Assembly: GCA_965644495.1 (NCBI GenBank)
Contig: CBFFSA010000002.1
Span: 1,116,001-1,180,000, forward strand
DNA length: 64,000 bases
DNA from: Perkinsela sp. CCAP 1560/9
Taxonomy: Eukaryota > Protista > Euglenozoa: Kinetoplastea
Reading direction: 5' to 3'
The notes beneath the pieces were generated by a model, which saw nothing but the letters and a program-made list of their open reading frames with translations, was not told where the DNA came from and made no database searches. Of this stretch, positions 1 through 8,063 are shown in pieces (the stretch's first letter is position 1; every line of letters starts with the position of its first letter). The position numbers and the translations under genes were made by a program.

Positions 1-1340
1 CCCCCGATCATCTCGTGGATTTGATCCAACGAGGTCTTATCAAGATATCGTGGGGGGAGGAACAACACACGAAGGTGGACATTCTCCGGGGAACACCCCA
101 TGAGATGAGACACTCGCCGCGCAATCCCCTCCCGCTCTCGGAGCTGGGGAATTTGCACTTGGCGCTCATAGGGGTTCGGGGAAGCGATAAGAACCAGTGT
201 GGCAAGAAACTGAAGATCTCGAGAGGCTTCGGGAAGATATTTTGGAGGTGGAGGTAATGGTGAAGTGGAAGAGACGGAGAAATCAGGGCTACCGTTTGGT
301 AAAGAAGCGCTCCCAGCTTCTGTATCTTTTTGTACAATGTGGAGAAAACGTGTAAGGGAGGGACTGTAACGCGTCGAGGGGCTGGGAGTTGCATACAACA
401 CTTCACGCGCGTTTTGGAACAATATCCCGTCCGTTGGGGAATCGATGTCCACCGAGAAAAGCGTGAAAGGCCGACTTTCCGAGGTATTAGTAACTTCTGA
501 ACCATTTCCACTCTCATTTCCTGCCCCATCCGCCACTCCTTTCCTCAGCGTGGTGTTATATTTCGACCGGAGGTTCAACCGGAGATACCGAGCCAGAGCT
601 CGGGCATATCCCCCGCCAGTTTCCCCCGACTTAGGTTCATACCCCAGAAAAGCATAATAAATATCCATTTCCGGAAGATTCGTCAACAAAAACTCTGCGG
701 CTGACCGAAATGGATTACTTCGGTCCCATATCACCTCTCCACTCGACTCCTCACGGCGAATCACATTCCGGAACGCCTCATTAAACGAATTCATGCGAAT
801 CAAACCATACAAACAACACAGTCGGTCAAGTAAAAACGCATCATCTGCTCCGGATGCTTCTAAACGGGTCCATGCTGCTTTAACTTGTCTTGCCATATCC
901 ACCTCCCCATTCCACCGCAGTTCTGTGAGTTTTTCCTGAATTTCTTCTCTCCCCATTTGTGAAAATTCTTCTCGACCTTTTGCCGGGAATAATCCTAAGC
1001 TCTGATTCAGCAGCTTCACATCATCCAATGATCTCTCTCTGCGAGCGGTGTGCGCGGCCCACGACTCACGTAGCATGTCCAGCTGCTCTAGCCACGGTTC
1101 CCTCTCCTCCTGCTCGCTCATCAGGCTAGGGGAGAGTCGAAACATCCAGCGGGATTGGCGCCAACGCCCGAGGTGGTCCTCGAGGTGTTCTAATAATGGT
1201 ACAATGGCCTCCGTGAAGGCACGGAAATTCGAACAGTGGGCTTTTGGGGTTTGGTAGCGTTGAACCGCCTCGGTATGGGTGAGGGGGAGAACAGCAAAGG
1301 ATGCAAAGAGACGACGTGGGGTAAGGAAGAGAGATTTCAT
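1..1340 (-). CDS. Hypothetical protein with a possible mitochondrial presequence; 3' end runs off the window
   Basis: Manual translation from ATG at 1340 (MKSLFLTPRRLFASFAVLPL...LTELRWNGEVDMARQV...) stays open to the window edge, so it is missing from the ORF track. The N-terminus is Arg/hydrophobic, and the strand matches all other host genes. Confidence 0.75.
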   Translation of the reverse strand, partial: MKSLFLTPRRLFASFAVLPLTHTEAVQRYQTPKAHCSNFRAFTEAIVPLLEHLEDHLGRWRQSRWMFRLSPSLMSEQEEREPWLEQLDMLRESWAAHTARRERSLDDVKLLNQSLGLFPAKGREEFSQMGREEIQEKLTELRWNGEVDMARQVKAAWTRLEASGADDAFLLDRLCCLYGLIRMNSFNEAFRNVIRREESSGEVIWDRSNPFRSAAEFLLTNLPEMDIYYAFLGYEPKSGETGGGYARALARYLRLNLRSKYNTTLRKGVADGAGNESGNGSEVTNTSESRPFTLFSVDIDSPTDGILFQNAREVLYATPSPSTRYSPSLTRFLHIVQKDTEAGSASLPNGSPDFSVSSTSPLPPPPKYLPEASRDLQFLATLVLIASPNPYERQVQIPQLREREGIARRVSHLMGCSPENVHLRVLFLPPRYLDKTSLDQIHEMIG

Positions 1341-1420
1341 GTAAAGGAGACGAAAAAATTCAGAGTTTACGGAAAGTTTAAAACTTTCAAAAAAGTAGTT
1401 AAAAGTATTTTATTAACCTA

Positions 1421-2290
1421 TTTAGGCTCTTCGTTAAACGCGGTGGTTGTTTTCAACTTAGAAGTCACTCATGCTGCGAGCTTCGCGTTGAAAACTACCA
1501 CCGCGTTTAACGAAGAGCCTAAAAAAGAAATTCGGCCTGGAAAGCTAAAGAAAACACAAAGATTACAGCCAAAATTAGCCGATTTTCGGGCAAAAATGGG
1601 GTGATTTTTGCGTATTTTTGCTCTCAGAGGGCTAAATCCGACATTTGCGTGCGGGAAAGCACTCGTAGGCGTGAACGAAAGCCTACTGAACGTATTGGGT
1701 AGAGAATGCGACTCCAACCATACCATTCTTTCGACATAAAAAGATCCCTTTGGGTCCGAAAATTACTTTTTCGCACTTTTTTGGTCAAAAATGGGCCATT
1801 TTGGGATGCGTGCCACGGCTAGAAGAAGGGGTATCTGCCGAAAACGACGGTGTAGAAGGCTAGTATAGGTCCCAAACTCTCAAAATACAATAGGGGAAAC
1901 GATTTTGGAAAAATATTTTTTTTACCATTTTTTTCGCCAAGTTGAATTTTTTTTCAATTTTTTTTTCCGAAAAAATCCGAACTTGGCGGACCCGTCCTGC
2001 GGATACGCGGGGGGGGGGGTCACCCCCGGGTAGGGGGGTGGAAAATGCGCGCCAAGACTCCGGCTACCCATTCTGCGGTTTTTTTTCGAAAAATAATTTT
2101 TTCGAAAAAAATTGCTCGACCATGACCCCCCCCCCTGGACCCCCCATTTTTTTCAATTTTGGACCACCGAGCCCCCTTTTATATTTTTTTCCTATATTAT
2201 ATTACTGTTTTCCTCTTTATATTTTCACTGTTTTTGTTCACTTTTTTTTCAATAATCGAGAGTAGAGCGGTAGTTATACAACCACCGCAA
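1421..2290 (+). mobile_element. Dispersed non-coding repeat, copy A (about 100-bp palindromic head, T-rich body, 3' hairpin tail)
   Basis: Head TTTAGGCTCTTCGTTAAACGCGGTGGT...ACCACCGCGTTTAACGAAGAGCCTAAA (1421-1523) and tail GAGCGGTAGTTATACAACCACCGCAAT. Homologous copies occur near 4.2, 11.3, 14.7, 45.7, 47.2 and 47.6 kb. Confidence 0.85.
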
Positions 2291-2698
2291 TTTTTAATAT
2301 ACATACCTTTTGCGGGTCCATGGGTCCCGCATCCAAAATTCAGGATGAACTTAGTGGAGTGACTGCTTCAGATTTTGATGCAAAACATCGGATTTTTTCC
2401 AAATGGGGACCTTAGCTTTTGAACGCAATGGAAATCGCTCGATCAAAGCGTGGCATAATAACTCCTAAGGTGGTGTTACTCGTTGGTGTTCAGGCAAGCT
2501 CGGCAATATGGAGTTTCTTTTCGAGAATATAAAAACAGTAGAGGCCTTCGTAGAGGACGAGTGCAAGAAAGGGCCCCGAGCTTCGAAAGCGAAGCGGCCC
2601 CGTTTTTCAGTTTTTCATTTTCTAGTGTAATACAGTATAAACCACATACCCATTTAACATACCCCCCGGTATGTTATCAAGGTATAGGTATGTTAAAC

Positions 2699-2845
2699 AT
2701 ACAGTTTCTGTACCTTGTTGGTACTTAACCTTAGTTCATCCTTTCTTTCCCCCGCAATGGGCATACTCTTGCTGTATTTTCATGCCCGTTGCCGGTCGGC
2801 GCTAAGGCTGGAACTGTCCCCCTTTATCGCTGAAGAAGGGGACGC
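2699..2845 (+). ncRNA. Spliced leader (SL) RNA gene, 5'-truncated (exon nt 18-39 plus intron)
   Basis: ATACAGTTTCTGTACCTTGTTG|GTAC matches the conserved kinetoplastid SL core (xACAGTTTCTGTAC...TTG|GT). It is followed by stem GCAATGGGCAT/ATGCCCGTTGC and terminal stem GTCCCC/GGGGAC. A homologous copy lies at 17966-18119. Confidence 0.85.
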
Positions 2846-3004
2846 GCCTTCATCCCTTCGCCCCTCCCCGACTCACTCCCCTGGAGTGAATTCTTCTCCC
2901 TCTCGGATTCTTTCCTCCCGACCCGTACCTCTCCGAGAGGGCTAGGCGTCACGGTGGCCTCACTTGAGGACCACTAGACGCGTCCCTCGCTGCCCGCGTT
3001 TACG

Positions 3005-3172
3005 GCTCTCCGCACGTGACGGTCGCCCAGCTCTCCGCACCTCGGCTCTGTCGCAGCTCTCTGCACCCGGATTGCCCCCGAAACTGTAATATGGGGATTA
3101 CGCATCCGGCTCTCTGCACCTGCACATGACAACCGAGCTCTCTGCACCTGGGACGTCAGCTCTCTGCACCCA
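3005..3172 (+). repeat. Imperfect tandem repeat (GCTCTCYGCACC units) in the SL intergenic spacer
   Basis: About 6 copies of GCTCTCTGCACC/GCTCTCCGCAC at roughly 25-55 bp spacing. Confidence 0.7.
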
Positions 3173-3324
3173 TTCTCCTCCAGCGAGGGCAAATCCTCAC
3201 GTGATCCACCCGTCGTATGCGGGTAAGGACAATGTGAGACAAATCTCTGCAATCTAAGTGCTTGAATAAACAAATATAGGTATGTTAAGTAGACTGGTAA
3301 TGAAATAGGAAAGAGAAGAAAATC

Positions 3325-3335
3325 ACTTTCACTGT
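3325..3335 (+). ncRNA. 5' end (nt 1-11) of the next SL exon, broken after nt 11
   Basis: ACTTTCACTGT overlaps CTTTCACTGT seen in the SL copy at 21606-21615 (minus strand). It implies a repeat unit of about 643 bp. Confidence 0.6.
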
Positions 3336-3631
3336 TAGAACCTGTATCTAAAGATATACCGCGCGTAGTACTAAATGCTAAGATGTTATCAAAATACGTT
3401 TAAAAACGCATACAGGAAACATCTTGTTAAAAACGTAAGTGATATTACGGTTGGATTTTGGTACAGTTGCACAATAAAAGCCGTGGGACGAGGGGGGGGG
3501 GTATGTTAAGTGTCGTGGGCCAGAATAACATACCCACCGGTATGTTATCCAAGGTATAGGTATGTTAAACGGGTATGTGGTTTACTAAAGAAAAAAATAT
3601 AAAGGGGGGATCCGGTGGTTTACTATAGAAG

Positions 3632-3730
3632 TACTGTCACCCCCCCCCCCCCCTTTATACTTCCGCCGGTTTCGGTACTTTTGGAAGTATAAAGGGAGGA
3701 ACCTGACTTTCGGAAGTATAAAGGGGGGGC
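3632..3730. repeat. MITE-like end (TACTGTCACCCCC... with inverted CTTTATACTTCCG/CGGAAGTATAAAG)
   Basis: Inverted repeats are visible, and the start resembles the TACTGTCCCCCC TIR family at 43294. Confidence 0.4.
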
Positions 3731-4181
3731 TGATTTTTTGAAAAATCCGCGAAACAATTGTTTTTAAAAAAGGAAAAAGAAAAGAAATGCACCACTTCAC
3801 GGCGCTGGTTTTCTATTATTCTAGCTAAAAATCAATCATCTAATCTCCAAACATGCAGGGCACAATGTTTGCTTCCGTGTTCTTCTTGCACATAGTCAAC
3901 ATACGCTGTATGCTACGCTGTAGTGAATACGTGTCGGGACGATCTACCATTAGAAGCTTTATGGGAAAGTTTTTGAAACGATGTATATTCGCTTTTGCTG
4001 CAGCAGGCGCATGTCCACGCTGGCTTTCATCCCGCCCAGTTCGCCAAGGAGGAGTTCGTTAATTTTTCTTGCATCTCGACATGTTTGTCCTTGTGCAAAC
4101 CCCATCGCGCTTGCGACCACGATAGATTTCCTTTTTTCTGGAAAAATCCGACACCATTTTTCCGGGTGGAGCGCATGGTTC

Positions 4182-4371
4182 GTAATCTTTGTGTTTTCTT
4201 TAGCTTTCCAGGCCGAATTTCTTTTTTAGGCTCTTCGTTAAACGCGGTGTTAGTTTTCAACGCGAAGCGCGCAGCATGAGTGACTTCTAAGTTGAAAACA
4301 ACCACCGCGTTTAACGAAGAGCCTAAAAAAGAAAAGTGCGGTGGTTGTATAACTACCGCTCTACCCTCGAT
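4182..4371 (-). mobile_element. Dispersed repeat copy B (tail hairpin directly followed by palindromic head)
   Basis: 4182-4330 is the reverse complement of 1421-1566. 4337-4371 is the reverse complement of the tail motif ATCGAGGGTAGAGCGGTAGTTATACAACCACCGCA. Confidence 0.85.
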
Positions 4372-4431
4372 ATATCCCCCCCCCAACTAAGGGCGTTGGG
4401 GGGGAGCTTATATCCCCCCCCCAACGCCCAA

Positions 4432-4725
4432 CTAACGTACCCCGCGGCGGTACCATTCCTGTACCGCCGCCTGAACGATCTGGGAGTTGCCCTTCTGAAT
4501 GGCCACCCCAGTAGCCATCAGAAGGTGCGACAGACATCCGTTTCTGTCGGACGCGTAGGCCCTGGCCACCTTGTTAAGAAAGCTCAAGGTGTCTGGGACA
4601 GGTACCCCGTAGGCGGTGAAGGCCAGGGGGTAAAAGTCCATCTCCCCGACGGCCGCCATCTCTTCATGAGAGCGCCGTTTATGGGCCTCCGCCACCCTTA
4701 GCGTGTGGGATGGCGCCGCTGCCTC
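4432..4725 (-). pseudogene. CRE-clade non-LTR retrotransposon C-terminal RLE fragment
   Basis: AEAHKRRSH...FYPLAFTAYG...FLNKVA...GVAIQKGN matches the CRE-type endonuclease tail pattern (AExxKxxKY, FxPLAFExxG, SVAIQRGN). Confidence 0.6.
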
Positions 4726-4810
4726 TTTCCGGCTATACGAGATGATCTCGTTCATACATGTATGTCAAGGTCGGCACGAGTAATACTCACTAAATGAGGA
4801 GACTCTTTGA

Positions 4811-5045
4811 TTGGGCGGGGCCCGCGTGTGCCACGTACTCGACCGGATAGTTCCGCATCGACACACACTGTTCACTGACGCAACCTCAAAAGGATTGGGG
4901 GGCGTGTTGTACATTGATTATGGTAGAATAGCAATTGCTGGAGATACATGGGACGAAGAATTTGCGTATGGGGTGAATCAAGCCGAGACCAGAGCGGTTA
5001 GACTCGCATTCGAGCACTTTGAAAGGAATTTTAATCCGGATACAT
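4811..5045 (+). pseudogene. DIRS/TATE-like RNase H fragment
   Basis: LFTDATSKGLGGV...W...VNQAETRAVRLAF resembles tyrosine-recombinase retroelement RNase H (FTDASxxGWGA...INxLExxAV). Confidence 0.6.
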
Positions 5046-5053
5046 GTACATGT

Positions 5054-5141
5054 GAGGGGCTGCGGGTGAGGACCAAGACGAGATCACGGGAGATCACATG
5101 AGAACACGTGAGATCATGCGAGATCATACCCACAGTCCCTC
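5054..5141. mobile_element. Sola-like MITE (GAG...CTC termini, 4-bp TSD ATGT) with internal 10-bp GAGATCAC repeats
   Basis: The ends GAGGGGCTGCGGGT and ACCCACAGTCCCTC are inverted. ATGT occurs at 5050-5053 and 5142-5145. A related copy is at 12327. Confidence 0.6.
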
Positions 5142-5206
5142 ATGTGTAACTCTATTTGTTGACAACATATCCAGATGGGTACATAGTGAAAATAAAGTTC
5201 AATCAT

Positions 5207-5454
5207 TTCTCTTTCGGAATTATTTTCGTACCATCTACGCTAAGGGCTTGCAGTTTATCAGGTAAAGTGAAATCGTTGACATTACCGTAAAGCTCCGAGT
5301 TATTGTCAAGGCAAAACCATGACAATCGTGGTGGAAGGTTATCAAATCGCACCAATCCGGAAAACTGATTATTAGAACAGTCGAGAGCATCAAGTTCGAA
5401 AGGTAAGTGTTGTAAATTAAGTGGTCCTGTAAACTTGTTGTATGATAGTTTAAT
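5207..5454 (-). pseudogene. 3' half of an LRR gene split by a retrotransposon
   Basis: Manual translation IKLSYNKFTGPLNLQHLPFELDALDCSNNQFSG...LSVDGTKIIPKEK* continues the LPRSMIN repeat that ends near 7293. Confidence 0.8.
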
Positions 5455-5459
5455 TTATC

Positions 5460-7273
5460 ATACCTTTATAAGGCAGAGAATATGCGGATAGGCCTGGGGG
5501 GCGCATATGACGCTGCCCAGACCTATCTTTTACAGACGTTATACCCGTCCTTCTGTCCAAACGGCAGACTCGCGGTTCTGCCAGATAATGAAACTGCCTC
5601 GAAGGGCGGTCTGCATTAGACTTTCTCGACATTTTTCCGCAAGCTTTGTGTCCTCGTCAAAGAGGAGATTGAGGTTTCGACAAGATGTGAGTAACGAGCC
5701 GCGGGCTCCCACTTCGAATACAACAAGGGTCGTCCTAGGGTGATTAATGCGTCGTTCATGGAAGAGAGCATTATATTTACGGGATTTGCCCTCGTGCGCC
5801 TGAGACTGGTTCTCTTCCCAGGGCACAGTGAGCTCAATGATGAACTCACTTCCATCCTTAAGTGTAATCAAACCGTCGGGGCGAAGAAGGTCCTCACGGG
5901 TGCCGAGCCATGCCGGGGCATTCCTAAATCCGGGGATATCTAGGTGTACGCTCTTGGTATACGGCGAACGCAGCAAGTGTTTTCCGAGCTCTTCAAGTAA
6001 CATGTCATGACGGAGGGTATATCTCCCTTGCTGAAGGGACTCTTTGCACCCCGAGAGCACGTGCCTTGTTGTTTGAGGTTCGAGTTTACATATGGGACAT
6101 GTTACACTCGCACGCCGGAGACCCCAAAGCCGAAGATTGGTTCTGGATGGTAGGGGTGAAAGCGTTAGTACTGAAGCTGCGAAGCGAGAAAGTTTTTCAC
6201 TGTTGAGGTTGTTCAGGGCCGCTGAGAACTCTTTCGCGAGATCAGCCTCGGAGGGGAGGCTCCACTATTTTGCTGCTGTCGGTGCCCGTCTCTGAAGCTG
6301 ATTTATGACGTAAGATTCATGGTGATCACGGGCTATCTGTTGCGCCTTCCGCGCGTCATGAAGGTGTTGAATGGCGTCAGCGCTTGGACGAATATAACCA
6401 GAGGATCGTTTTTCTTCTTCTTGCTTGATTCGGGCTCGTAGTGCCGCCTGTATCGATGGGTCCCGCCACTTGTGCATCTGTGTTAAGGCTAGGATAGAGC
6501 ATTCGGACCACAGCTTGGATAAACTTTTAAGGTTCCACCCTCGTTCAGTATAAAGAATTTCGGTGCAAGTCGTGGATGCTGCATTGATCCATTTCTTAAG
6601 GTGACGTGTAATTCTTTTCTGCAATCGCAATACAAAGTTGAAAGTGACACACGGGTGAACGGTGAGGGCGTAGCGCAGACGGGATACGATCGCTCTGTTG
6701 TAGATCCAAAGTTTTTCGGGGAGACTGTGTGCACTCTCGTCGACATTCCGAAGCCATGTTCTTAGTCTGACATCCAGCTTTTTGAAAAGTTCTTTCGCTT
6801 GCTGTGCTCCTGGTGCTATGGTCATTCCAAGAAAAGTGCTTCCACGGTCACATATATGTGGTATCGCTTTGCCTTCGATACTGAGTCTCGGCTTCCTGGT
6901 CATGTACCCCGGGTGCTCACTGCCTTCACGCATGGACATGCACTGTGTACGGCTCTTGTCTACGTTGATTGAGAGTCCTATTCGTCTCAGTGCAGTTTCG
7001 AGTGTGTTGGTCGCGTGCTGCATGTCGGTATCGCTGCTAGTCAGTATCGTCAGGTCGTCAACGTAGGCTTTCAGGAAATGCCTTGGAGTATCTGGGTAGT
7101 CAAGGCCATACCGGGGGCACGATTGCTTGAGGTATCGTAGTACAGTTTCCATCACTAAGTTGAAAATTATGGGCGACAGGGTATCACCTTGTAGTACGCC
7201 TCTGTGTATCGGTATAGCACGTGACAAACCTTCGACACACTTAATACGCATTTCCGCATGTGAATACATGCTT
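5460..7273 (-). mobile_element. 5'-truncated HERO-like RLE retrotransposon, family 1 (RT C-half, CCHC zinc knuckle, RLE), with one in-frame TAG at 6265-6267
   Basis: 6701-7273 is near-identical to 18126-18697. Motifs: GVLQGDTLSP, YVDD, CPIC...HVLSGC, GRYTLRHD, RPDG, IIELTVPWEEN. The 5539-6060 ORF is in the same frame as 6265-7686. Confidence 0.92.
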
Positions 7274-7291
7274 CTATGTATGTTCTCATCT

Positions 7292-7874
7292 ATGTTAATC
7301 ATAGATCGCGGTAGACTGGTGAGGTCGATTTCACCGGATAAATTGGTGTCCGACATTAATAAGAGGAAAATATGATTCCCCAGGCAGGTTAAATCTATAT
7401 TCCCCTGAAAAAAGTTGTTACACAGGATAAGTTCCTCCATGTTTTGTGGTAAATGGTGGAATTCCAAAGAGCCTGAAAATTGGTTACAGTTTATGGCAAA
7501 CTCATCAAGTTCAGCCGGCAACATATCGAACAGTACTTTTCCCGTAAGATCGTTGCAAGATGCTTTAAATTTGTGTAACGTGCGTAATGTGTAACGCCAT
7601 TGCAGTGATCCTTTCAGTCGATTACTCCCAAATATGCCGAATGTTTCCCAAATAATGTTCGTTACTTGTTGTCCATCACAATCCACACCTTTCCACTCAC
7701 ATGCTGGCGTTGATGTATTCCACGATGGGTCTGGGTTCTCAATATCAGCGGCAAATCGTGCGAGCTCATATTCTTGTGGTTATTCGTTCCTCGCACCCTA
7801 CTGGGAAGTCTACGTGTTGCATCGACATTTGACACATCAGCTGTGCAACACAGATAATACACTAAGGATATCAT
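7292..7874 (-). pseudogene. 5' half of an LRR gene (frameshifted and retrotransposon-interrupted)
   Basis: RVRGTN/PQEYELARF...SWNTSTPACEWKGVDC followed by LPxxLxxLxLxxNxF repeats. There is a frameshift near 7780. Confidence 0.8.
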
Positions 7875-8063
7875 ATTCGTACTCATCGGTGTTACTGAGA
7901 ACCGTTTACACAGAAAGTAAAAAAAATGTGCAACAATTCAATTTGGTAAAACATGGTAAAACCACGTCGAAAAATTGACCAAAACAATTTCCCCAAAAAG
8001 AAGAGGTCCGACGCCTACGAAGAGTTTCTGTGTACACGTTTTAGCCCCTTCTACAACCCGATT

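Larger units (their letters stand above)
2638..3584. mobile_element. TIR-bounded element enclosing an SL RNA repeat unit
   Basis: TAAACCACATACCCATTTAACATACC from 2638 is the inverse of GGTATGTTAAACGGGTATGTGGTTTA (3559-3584) with 1 mismatch. Both outer ends are TA. Confidence 0.65.

Noticed and set aside
3005-3172. Spaced short repeats resembling a CRISPR array
   Set aside because: The units are only about 12 bp with irregular spacing, there are no cas genes, and the context is a eukaryotic SL spacer.
2850-3320. 5S rRNA gene inside the SL repeat, as in some bodonids
   Set aside because: No recognisable 5S sequence or internal promoter boxes were seen in either SL spacer.
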